Below are positions 40,458-49,260 of a stretch of 49,260 nt of DNA, piece by piece. The DNA lies in the NCBI GenBank assembly GCA_008369845.1, contig MRSU01002297.1:1-49260 (forward strand), in the 5' to 3' direction. The DNA comes from Trichomonas gallinae (lineage: Eukaryota). Numbering within the stretch: position 1 is the stretch's first letter; the number at the start of each line of letters is the position of its first letter. The notes under the pieces were generated by a model. It ran no database searches. It was not told where the DNA came from and worked only from the letters and a program-made list of their open reading frames with translations. The translations under genes and the position numbers were made by a program.

Positions 40458-41669
40458 ATGATCGAAAAAATAATGATAAGAAGCATAATACTTGCAGTCC
40501 TTATAGGATTTGCCGGTTATCAGATTGCTGCTGCTTCAAACCATGCTGTTCCAGTTCATAAATCATACCCTCCTGATCCAATAGAAGAAATAAATAATGA
40601 ATTTCCATTTGATCAGTATTTGCCATTAAATAACGGAACAGCAAGCGAAGCTGATGTTATGGCTGCAGAAAAATACATGCATCTTCCTACATGGTCTGCT
40701 GGTTACACAAATTGCGATTCTGGAACATCAGAAGTCTCATGTTTCGAAATTGTTAGAGCACATAAAGCTATACTAAGATACGAAAAACTTGCATCGTCTG
40801 GAAAGACCAAAGGCGAAGTTCATATTAATGCAGCTCCATATTCTCTCGCTGATAGAATGTCAATGCTCTACCACGCATTTGGAATAGCTATGGCAACAAA
40901 CAGATCTATTTTTGTCCAGAAATCTTTGTATCCATTCCAACTTCCAGATTATATCAAAGAATCAGGCGATAAAATTACAGGAATAGAGCTTCCATCGGAC
41001 TACCAATTCGGTTGCAGCGATATCAGCGATAAATATCCAAATATTTTAATTAATAATATTACATGGCCTCAAGTATTGTACACTCACCACAAAGTTGCAC
41101 CTGTTTTCCGTGATAACTTCGGCCTGCATGCTGCATATTTCATAGGAAATTATTTATTCGGTACATCTGAAGAACCAGACTCCAACTGCAAAGTTAGAAC
41201 GAAATTCGCTTACGAAGGACATAATTTCTATGATGGTAATGATATGATCACGCCCGGACAAGCAAATGAGTTCATTTTAAACAGATGCGGAACAAATGGA
41301 CCAGTTTCAGTAGTAACCAACGATGCACACACAAACTTCGACGCATTCATCACAGACAGATTCCTAGTGGATGACGAGAATGAGAAATTCATCTGCGGTT
41401 TGCGTAAACTTGTTTCCGCTGAAAAAGTAATTCACACTTTTGGATCAAGATATGGATGGTGGGCAGCTGCAATGCAAGGCCGAAAAGGCGGATATGTCAA
41501 TGTTCTTGACAGGATCTGCGTGAATGTCGCGAATTCTCAATGCGCATCGCTGTGGCACACTTATTGCCCAGTAGAAAAGAACACAATATTTAGAACTAAC
41601 AACAGGATGTTCGTTTGTGGTCCAAACGCTAATGATGTTCGTCTTTATATAGATTATCTCTTATGGTAA
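40458..41669 (+). CDS. Secreted/type II membrane protein with fucosyltransferase-like (GT11/GT23/GT37) GT-B motifs
   Basis: N-terminal hydrophobic helix; LADRMSMLYHAFGIAMATNR resembles GLGNRxxxxxSAxxxAxxTxR; HTFGSRYGWWAA resembles SxxSTFGWW; Cys-rich end. Confidence 0.6.
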   Translation: MIEKIMIRSIILAVLIGFAGYQIAAASNHAVPVHKSYPPDPIEEINNEFPFDQYLPLNNGTASEADVMAAEKYMHLPTWSAGYTNCDSGTSEVSCFEIVRAHKAILRYEKLASSGKTKGEVHINAAPYSLADRMSMLYHAFGIAMATNRSIFVQKSLYPFQLPDYIKESGDKITGIELPSDYQFGCSDISDKYPNILINNITWPQVLYTHHKVAPVFRDNFGLHAAYFIGNYLFGTSEEPDSNCKVRTKFAYEGHNFYDGNDMITPGQANEFILNRCGTNGPVSVVTNDAHTNFDAFITDRFLVDDENEKFICGLRKLVSAEKVIHTFGSRYGWWAAAMQGRKGGYVNVLDRICVNVANSQCASLWHTYCPVEKNTIFRTNNRMFVCGPNANDVRLYIDYLLW

Positions 41670-41907
41670 TATTTTTTATTTTGTTATATATTAAAATGCT
41701 ATCACTGTTATTCATATCTCATATTTTTGTGATTCTTGGCAAATTTCAATAATTTTATCTTGAAATAGTAATTTTTAAGATAAAAATCAATAACCATTAT
41801 ATTTGTTACAGGAATTCATGATATATGAGAATTAATTTTTTATAACAAACAAAATTTTGATTTCGATTATAAAATAATAAAAAAATCAACAAGAAAATCA
41901 TAAAGAT

Positions 41908-42336
41908 TCATCGAGGATAGGAGCGGTTGTTTTCATATTCGCGTTGTAAGTTAATAATTTCCTCATTTTCATCGCGTAATTTAATTTGATCAACCAGATC
42001 CTTTAATATACTCCAGTTCTCCTCGAACCATTTAATAAGAACGCGGTTATCTCGTTGAGCATCTCGATCAAGAACTAATTTTTTGCTGAAATGGCAACAA
42101 ACTTGAGCAATACTTCTAAGCTCGCTATGCGTGACTCCTGATGAGAATTTTTGCTTTAATATTTGGTAAATTTCTGAGTTTTGGTAATCAAATCCATTTA
42201 ATCTTTGTGCAACTCTTTTTGCTTCAGCGCCTTCACCGCGCTTGACTTTCGGTGGCTCTTGCGATGCTGCTGGGGCAGGATTTGGAGCCTCCGATGTAGT
42301 TGTAGTAGTTGTGATTTCTGGCATAGTTTGTTCCAT
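41908..42336 (-). CDS. Small trichomonad-type helical protein (LDRDAxR...LIKWFEENW family)
   Basis: 142-aa ORF from ATG 42336; T/P/A-rich N-terminus then compact helical domain ELRSIAQV...LDRDAQRDNRVLIKWFEENW; function unknown. Confidence 0.7.
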   Translation of the reverse strand: MEQTMPEITTTTTTSEAPNPAPAASQEPPKVKRGEGAEAKRVAQRLNGFDYQNSEIYQILKQKFSSGVTHSELRSIAQVCCHFSKKLVLDRDAQRDNRVLIKWFEENWSILKDLVDQIKLRDENEEIINLQREYENNRSYPR

Positions 42337-42511
42337 AATAAAATTTCGAGGGGCTGGAAAAAATAAAAAGGTGGATATTTTACCAAATTTATCAATGAAC
42401 TTCGCGGTACTCACTTATATTCGTGTTCTTATGAGTCTATTAGGCTGCCCAGGTGATTTTGCAAAAATATTTTTATCATTTCGCTATCTTCTCAAAACCA
42501 ATGCTTATGAT

Positions 42512-42776
42512 ACTGATAATCTTGTTTAGATGACTAAACTAAGCTGCTCAAGAGTTTTCACTGATCGAGAATATATATCTCGTTATGATGTGGAATTTAC
42601 AGCTTGTAATAATCAAATCTTAGTAGTTTGCCAAAGATCACACGAAATATTCTAAAGAAGTTGCTGGATTGGCGTAAAAGATGCAAAAATATTTGCAGAT
42701 TTTTTGGAAAAGTTAGAAGAGCTTGAGAATCGTGCAGTTACTAGTACCAGATCAATATTCGCTTGTATTTTTGTTA
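42512..42776 (+). pseudogene. Decayed duplicate of the 3' end of the HELQ-like gene (37048-37346)
   Basis: Encodes DAKIFADFLEKLEELENRAVTSTR vs DAITFADSLEKLSELEDRAVTSIR; homology also covers ACTGATA.TCTTG..T..ATGACT upstream and the 3' flank TTGTATTTTTGTTAA. Confidence 0.88.
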
Positions 42777-43560
42777 AGGGTGCATCTTTATTTTTGAGCT
42801 TTTTATTAAAGGTGTGGAAACTTCTATGGGTCCAGGCAAATCGCTCCAAATCTTGCAGGGAATATATAATATGTCATTAGATCATATCTTGATATTTTTG
42901 AATTTTCAAATTCAAGGAATTACCATTGAACTTCACTGCTATCGGCATATTTACTAGAAGATATTAATAAATTTTGATGATAGAGGACGTTTTGTTGTAT
43001 ATTTTCAAAAATTATTTTCGAAATGCAACATATTGTCAAAAGGACAAAAGAATAAAGAGAGATACATTGAGAACTAGAACGATATGAGGATCAAACTCTA
43101 AAAGGAGTGTAATAATTTTTCAAAAATTTTCTCGAATTGCTAATAAAGGCTTCTAAATCAAAATATAGCTTGAGATAAGTGTATAATTTCAATTGGTTGC
43201 AGAGTTTTTCGATAAAAATGAAGAAAATCAAAAAAATAAAATATGAGACCTACGATGGAAGTCCGTAATCAATATTTACCAATAAAATTTGGATGCACAT
43301 TCGTTTGTTCACTGAGTTGCTCCGAAACATAACATTATGTCCCCAAAATTTTGAAAAAATGAAGTAAAATTCATTTCACACTGAAAATCCTGCGCGTTTA
43401 TCATTATCGGGCTTATTGCTGCAATTATCTAATACTAAAACGTACTCTTTACATAATTCTGATAAAAATATAACCTTATTGATAATAATCTGATTTTTGA
43501 TCATTAAAGCATACGAAAATCATATTTTTAAGTTTGTTGAAAAAAATAAAAATAAAAAAA

Positions 43561-44871
43561 ATGTCTGAGGATTCCAAACTAATCCATTCAGGCTGGGGAA
43601 CAAAACTTGGCGCTATATTCAAGACGTGGCGTCGCCGCTGGTTCGTTCTTACGCAAACAACATTGTCTTACTCAAAAACAAAAAATTCTCCTCCAAAAGG
43701 TATCATCCAGTTGGCAGCTGTTAAAGATGTAGCACCTATGCCTGAATGCGTCTTCCCACATGCATTCAAGATCGTCATTCCTAATCTCAGAACATACCAG
43801 ATATACTGTGATTCTGAATCTGAGATGCAGGAATGGGTCAGAATCTTGAATAAAATCCTTTCCGGCAAGTCAGCTAAGGATGTCACAGTTGATGACTTCG
43901 ATATTCTTAAGGTTCTTGGAAAGGGTTCATACGGTAAAGTTCAATTAGTTAAACATAAAGGCTCAAACCAGATTTATGCTATGAAATCTATTTCCAAGCG
44001 TCTCTTGGGTGAACATGAACTCGTCTCCCGTATTATTACCGAGAGAGATGTTTTACTTAAAATTAATCACCCATTCTTGGTTTCTGCACGCTTCGCATTT
44101 CAGACTGAGACGAAGATTTTCTTAGTTCTCGACTATGTCCAAGGTGGTGAGCTCTTCTCTCGTCTTCGCGAGGAGAGAAAGTTCGCAGAAGAACGTGCAA
44201 GGTTTTACATTGCAGAGTTGGCCCACGCTATTGGATATTTGCATTCCATGGGCATCTGCCATCGTGATCTCAAGCCCGAAAACATCCTCTTCGATAAAGA
44301 TGGATATGTCAAGCTTACAGATTTCGGTCTTGTCAAAGAACAAATGACCAAGGAAGCAACCACGTCCACATTCTGTGGCACACCAGAGTATCTCGCGCCC
44401 GAAATGGTTAGCGGAAATGCATATGATAATAATGTTGACTGGTGGGCTCTCGGTACATTGTCGTACGAGATGTTGTATGGAGTTCCTCCATTCTACGACG
44501 TTAATACAAATGCCATGTATCGTTCGATTTTAAGAGATGAAGTCGCATTCCCAGAAGATGCTTCGCCAGATGCCATCGATTTCATCACAAAGCTTCTCGA
44601 TAAGAATCCACAGACTCGCCTTGGCTCGGGACCAAATGATTACAAAGATGTTATCTCACATCGCTTCTTTGAGTCCATTAATTGGGACCAGCTTCTCAAG
44701 AAGCAAATTCCAATGCAGTGGAAGCCACAAATTCATGGTCAAACAGATACATCATTATTTGATCAGGAATTTACAACAGAACAGCCAAAACTTACATACG
44801 AAGATCCATCTCTCATCGGACAGAATGTTCAGAGGCAACTACAAGGTTTCACTTATATGAACGAAGAATAA
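43561..44871 (+). CDS. PH-domain AGC kinase, Akt/PKB-like
   Basis: PH domain (GWGTKLG...WRRRWFVL), GKGSYGKV, AMK, HRDLKPEN, DFG, TFCGTPEY, C-terminal hydrophobic motif LQGFTY; first ATG 43561. Confidence 0.95.
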   Translation: MSEDSKLIHSGWGTKLGAIFKTWRRRWFVLTQTTLSYSKTKNSPPKGIIQLAAVKDVAPMPECVFPHAFKIVIPNLRTYQIYCDSESEMQEWVRILNKILSGKSAKDVTVDDFDILKVLGKGSYGKVQLVKHKGSNQIYAMKSISKRLLGEHELVSRIITERDVLLKINHPFLVSARFAFQTETKIFLVLDYVQGGELFSRLREERKFAEERARFYIAELAHAIGYLHSMGICHRDLKPENILFDKDGYVKLTDFGLVKEQMTKEATTSTFCGTPEYLAPEMVSGNAYDNNVDWWALGTLSYEMLYGVPPFYDVNTNAMYRSILRDEVAFPEDASPDAIDFITKLLDKNPQTRLGSGPNDYKDVISHRFFESINWDQLLKKQIPMQWKPQIHGQTDTSLFDQEFTTEQPKLTYEDPSLIGQNVQRQLQGFTYMNEE

Positions 44872-45440
44872 TTTTATCGTTTTCGTTTTTTTTATTAGAT
44901 GTATTAATTGACTTACCTAGTCATTACTTTACACGCATTTTCATGAAATATAGTTTATAAAAAATCTCAATTTTACTATTTATTACATCTTATGACACAA
45001 AATGACAAGTATAGCTTCTTTAAAAACCAAATGTTGTTAACAAAGATGCTGAAACAAGTTTTTGAAAATTTCAAAAATATATGTTAACCTTTACAAAGCT
45101 TTTCTGAAGTTGAATAATGATAACTACATCTTAAAGAAGTAACTATTATTGACATGAATGCTCAAAACAAATTTTTGAAAATTTATTTTGATATTAATGA
45201 TTTCATGATACTGCATAATGATATTTATATCTTAAAGAACTAAATCTTAATTACCTGGATGCTCAAAACGAATTTTTGAAATTTCGAAAATATTTTTTTG
45301 TTTTTTCTTTTGTTTTATGATGTTATATGGCAAGTGCAAATTATTAAAGCGACAAAACTAGTTTCCATATATACCGCGAAAATAAAAAAAATTTTAGGAC
45401 ACTAAAATCTTTATAAAAGTGACAATCAATTCGGTCACTG

Positions 45441-46562
45441 ATGAGTGGAGAAACAGTCCGTGTTAAATTCGTCACGAAAGATCCACAGTATGTTCTTCCA
45501 ATGGGTGATTTCGCGATATCATCTGCTTTAAACAGAAAAGGTCTTTCAGATGCGCTGAATCAAGCACTTGAACTCGAAAAACCAGTACCATTTGATTTTA
45601 AGATCAACGGCAACTTTTTAAGAACATCTCTTGCACAGGCAATGCGTCTTTATCAAATTTCTCCAGAACAAATTTTGCAAATTGAATATTTCCCAGCTTT
45701 CAAGCCTCCTGAGATGAAGGATGAACAGAAAACAGATGACTGGATCTCATGCCTTAAGTATAAGAACGGCGAACTTTACTATTCACTTTACAATGGAACA
45801 ATCCACTGTGGAGACAAAGTTTACCAGTTCGTTGAGGAGAATGAGGACCCAACACCATACAAGAGCTTCGCTTTCATCGGTGAAAACACTCTTGTCGCTG
45901 GTGGACTCGATGGATCTGGAACTGTTTACTCTCTCAATGGATCTAAGGAGCCACAACGCCTCGAATTACACAACTCAGCAGTCAACGCAATCGCTACATA
46001 TCCAACAATCGATCAAATGTTCATCACAGCAGGAGCTGATTATTGTTTGGCTCTCTGGTCATTAGCGCTTTCCAATTTACAGCCATTCGTCGGACACACT
46101 GATTCTGTGACAGATGTCCACTGGTTTGAGGAAAATACAATAGTTTCTGCATCATTGGATAGATCAATTCGCCTCTGGGATGTCAACACGTTCCAGGAGA
46201 AGTACCAAATGAGTGCATCTAGCGGTATTATGTCTATTTCCGTTGAAGGTCCGCTGATTATTTCAGCTCATACAGATCGTTCCATCAAATTATGGGATAC
46301 ACGCGAGACTGAGCATAGATCAGTCGTTAGGGAGTTCAAGTCGCATACAAACTGGGCTTCTAAGGTTTTATTCATGAGCAACGAAGTTTTTGTCAGTGGC
46401 GGCTACGATGGAGCTGTTAAGGCTTGGAATATTGGCACTGGTGTCCCTCTCTGCACCATCTCACAGCATGATGAGAAAGTCTTCGCTCTTGCAAGCGATG
46501 GAAACAAACTTGCAATGGGTGGCTCAGAGCAGATCATTCGTATCGCAGATTTCCAACTTTAG
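45441..46562 (+). CDS. WDR12: Ribosome biogenesis protein WDR12/Ytm1 (NLE + WD40)
   Basis: NLE/ubiquitin-like N-domain (VKFVT...LS..LN..L...VPFDFKING.FLRTSL...E.IL.IEY), DDWIS, multiple WD40 repeats, SHTNW; AAAGTGAC at 45416. Confidence 0.9.
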   Translation: MSGETVRVKFVTKDPQYVLPMGDFAISSALNRKGLSDALNQALELEKPVPFDFKINGNFLRTSLAQAMRLYQISPEQILQIEYFPAFKPPEMKDEQKTDDWISCLKYKNGELYYSLYNGTIHCGDKVYQFVEENEDPTPYKSFAFIGENTLVAGGLDGSGTVYSLNGSKEPQRLELHNSAVNAIATYPTIDQMFITAGADYCLALWSLALSNLQPFVGHTDSVTDVHWFEENTIVSASLDRSIRLWDVNTFQEKYQMSASSGIMSISVEGPLIISAHTDRSIKLWDTRETEHRSVVREFKSHTNWASKVLFMSNEVFVSGGYDGAVKAWNIGTGVPLCTISQHDEKVFALASDGNKLAMGGSEQIIRIADFQL

Positions 46563-46992
46563 AGATATTATTAGAGGTTTATTATTTATTTATTATAAAG
46601 TACAGCTTGTCTATAATTTTATCAAATTCTATTTCTTCATTTTCGCCTTCTTTATACTAGAAATCTCCATTTAAATGGAATGCTAATCCTTATATTTATC
46701 AGTTAAGCTTTCTTTTTGTTAAAAAAAATTTCAGGTTATAAAAATTAGAATTTGATGATTTTAAATATTATCAATCAATTATATAGATCTTTCTCAATCG
46801 AATCACATTTTGTAACACATTCACTTATGTATTATAAAATTCTCAAAGATAAAACTATCTTTCCTATATACTAACTTTCTAATTAAAGAATAATACAAAA
46901 TTCGAACAAATATATAATATACACAAGCACAAATCCATTCTTTACTAATAAATTCATGTTATTCTTGTCAAATGTATTAAATAATATTATAA

Positions 46993-47136
46993 AATAAGGG
47001 CAATATGTTGTAAACATTTGACATTCATTAGTAAAAAACTATACATTTTGACTTTATACATTTAATTTATTCAGATACTGATTAGAATAAAGGCAAAATG
47101 TTGTAAACATTTGACACATAGAAGGCAAAAACTATA
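46993..47136 (+). repeat. 51-bp imperfect direct repeat
   Basis: 46993-47043 and 47086-47136, core GGCAA.ATGTTGTAAACATTTGACA. Confidence 0.75.
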
Positions 47137-47222
47137 GTTTTAATGTGAGAGTCTAAATAAGAGGGGAAAAAAAAAAGTTGGTGTAAGACCCTAAATAATT
47201 TTAAACGTACACTTTTTAAAGG

Positions 47223-48800
47223 ATGACTGCAATAAAACATCTAAAAAATGTTGAATTTGCAGACAACTTGATTAATTTACAGGACATAATGAACGAAATG
47301 AACGATACAAATATATTGGTCTCAATAGAAAAGCTGCTTACCACTGATTTCGTCAAAAATGAAGATGGAATTTACACAATTATCGAAAATATTGCTACTT
47401 TACCAACTATAAAGGTTGGAGCAATGGATTACATAGGCGAATTCTGTCGTAAATTCCTTAATAACTGCAAATCGTTTGATTTTGGAAAAATGCTTTTGAT
47501 TTATTTACTCAGAACAGTCGATGATGCTTATTACTTGGCGAAAGTTCCACATTATCTCATTCTAAGAGCATGCATTGAGCAAGAAATTTACTCAGATAAC
47601 GATTACATCCCTTCAATGAACGAATTATTCAGAAATAACATGTACAACCAATTCACTTTGATGTTTCTAATCTTTATGCCAATAATTGAAGAAGAAAATG
47701 AGGAGTTTTACTTTTCTGTTTTTCCAATTTTGCAAGATCTTTCAAAAAGCAAGCAAATTCACGAGAAGCTAACTGAAGTGTTGAGAAAAATAGACACATA
47801 CCAAAAGGATGGCTATCTTGTGCTTCGTTCCGGCTTAACAACGCGCCAAGATTATCAAATCGTTTCTTTGTTGCAAAATGACAATGCTGATGCACTCGAC
47901 AGGCTGGAAATAGATCCAAACGCAACACTAACTTACTCAATTTTCGAGCCAATCCAAATTCTTCAAAATTCACCAACTTTAATTCAAGCAGCTGCTTTTT
48001 ACGGCTCAGTGAAGTGTCTGAACAAGTTACACAAGAATGGAGCAAAGCTGCATAGAAAGGACCTGCTGGGCTGGAATGTTGCCCCTTACGCACTAGCTTC
48101 AGGTAACGCAGATATTCTTAATGAAATCGATAAAGTCAACATTAGTTTTGAAAAAACTTTGCAGTTCGCTGCGATTTACAGAAGATATGAGACATTCGAG
48201 TGGCTGATACAGCACAGACAGAAGGATATTCATGATATAAATAAAGAGCTTAGAAATGTTCTGTGCGCCTCAGTGAGATCAAATAATGTTAGGACATTTA
48301 TGAATTGCCTAGAAAGAGGACAAAGCATCAGAAACAGGGACAGGAAAGGAGAAAACGCTATACTGGCAGCAGCTAATGGTGGCTATTTGTCTTTTATGCA
48401 GTTAATCGCTATGTTTGATAATTGCGATATTAATTCTGCAGACAACGAAGAGAAAACTAGTGCGCATATAGCTGCTATGCAAGGAAATTTACCAATGATA
48501 CAGTTTTTGATGAAAAATAACGCAAGCTTTCTTTCAAGAGATTCAGATGGCTTAACACCGCTCCATCATGCTGCTGAAAAAGGTAACTACAAAGCAGTGA
48601 AGCTAATGCTGAGTAGCAGCGATGTCAACGCGAAAGATAATCTTGGACGAACTCCTTTGCATGCTGCTTGTGAAGAAAATTACCAATCTGTCGTTGAAGT
48701 GCTTGTCCAAGCAGGTGCTAATAAGGGCATTGTCGATAGATCAGGAAATACCCCGATAATGCTCGCAACGGATGAAGAAATTAAGAATTTGCTTCGTTAG
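47223..48800 (+). CDS. Ankyrin-repeat protein (trichomonad expanded family)
   Basis: PTLIQAAAFYGSVKC, GLTPLHHAAEKG, GRTPLHAACEEN, GNTP; helical N-terminal region. Confidence 0.92.
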   Translation: MTAIKHLKNVEFADNLINLQDIMNEMNDTNILVSIEKLLTTDFVKNEDGIYTIIENIATLPTIKVGAMDYIGEFCRKFLNNCKSFDFGKMLLIYLLRTVDDAYYLAKVPHYLILRACIEQEIYSDNDYIPSMNELFRNNMYNQFTLMFLIFMPIIEEENEEFYFSVFPILQDLSKSKQIHEKLTEVLRKIDTYQKDGYLVLRSGLTTRQDYQIVSLLQNDNADALDRLEIDPNATLTYSIFEPIQILQNSPTLIQAAAFYGSVKCLNKLHKNGAKLHRKDLLGWNVAPYALASGNADILNEIDKVNISFEKTLQFAAIYRRYETFEWLIQHRQKDIHDINKELRNVLCASVRSNNVRTFMNCLERGQSIRNRDRKGENAILAAANGGYLSFMQLIAMFDNCDINSADNEEKTSAHIAAMQGNLPMIQFLMKNNASFLSRDSDGLTPLHHAAEKGNYKAVKLMLSSSDVNAKDNLGRTPLHAACEENYQSVVEVLVQAGANKGIVDRSGNTPIMLATDEEIKNLLR

Positions 48801-49167
48801 GTTGCTTTTATCAGTGCATGATTTTTTTTTATTCCGTCATCTCCTGTATATTGCGCCAAATCTAATAATACGAATTATATGATGTATTGCTTGCTATCAG
48901 ATATAATTCGTCATATATATATATCATATGTTATGTTTAAAATTTCCAATTTTTAAATTCATTCATTTTCAACACTATAATTGATATCGAAATCATCAGT
49001 GTTTGTTAAATCTATGCATTAAAATGTTCAATCTCACTACTCTCAGCTAAGCTCAACAATATTTCACACAATTTTAAAAATTCATTGTATTTCGGATAGA
49101 TAATTAAAAGTAAAATACAACAAATATGAATGAATTCATTAATGTATAAACAATTTATTTCTAACAA

Positions 49168-49260
49168 TTATATAGAATGCTCTAACGAAAATAATAAATC
49201 TCTTCCAGCAAGAGCCAAATCAATATTAGGACTCTTCGTTGAAGCCAATCCAGCTTTCTT
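49168..49260 (-). CDS. Probable 3' end of a gene entering from beyond the window
   Basis: Open frame KKAGLASTKSPNIDLALAGRDLLFSLEHSI* with coding-like GC; too short to identify. Confidence 0.4.
   Translation of the reverse strand, partial: KKAGLASTKSPNIDLALAGRDLLFSLEHSI

Overview
Eukaryotic, AT-rich, gene-dense window in which no intron was detected. It comes from a trichomonad (Trichomonas-like parabasalid), judged from very short 5' UTRs with TCA(T/C)(T/A) initiators, AAAGTGAC/CCTTT/AACGGTT core-promoter motifs and typical expanded families (ankyrin, bromodomain, CaaX-EF-hand, kexin-like, PMT). It holds about 28 single-exon CDS: RPL10A (partial), kexin-like protease, importin-beta-like, MIR-less PMT, U2AF65-like, EF-hand, Vta1-like, RRM proteins, bromodomain protein, CWC22, ERG8-type phosphomevalonate kinase, Grp170-like Hsp70, HELQ-like helicase, two probable axonemal proteins (CFAP221-like, CCDC151/ODAD3-like), a fucosyltransferase-fold protein, Akt-like kinase, WDR12 and an ankyrin protein. 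Intergenic DNA holds decayed gene relics (ankyrin, Skp1, a duplicated HELQ 3' end) and a frameshifted CYTH gene. The most notable unexplained structure is non-coding. A ~435-bp foldback element, related TGTAAAC/CAATTG repeats, TTTAC/TGAC arrays and GACCCT motifs recur just upstream of genes, with a similar architecture in front of both putative flagellar genes. A long G:U-rich hairpin and a GC-rich structured island lie upstream of CWC22. All assignments are by eye from motifs; no searches were run.
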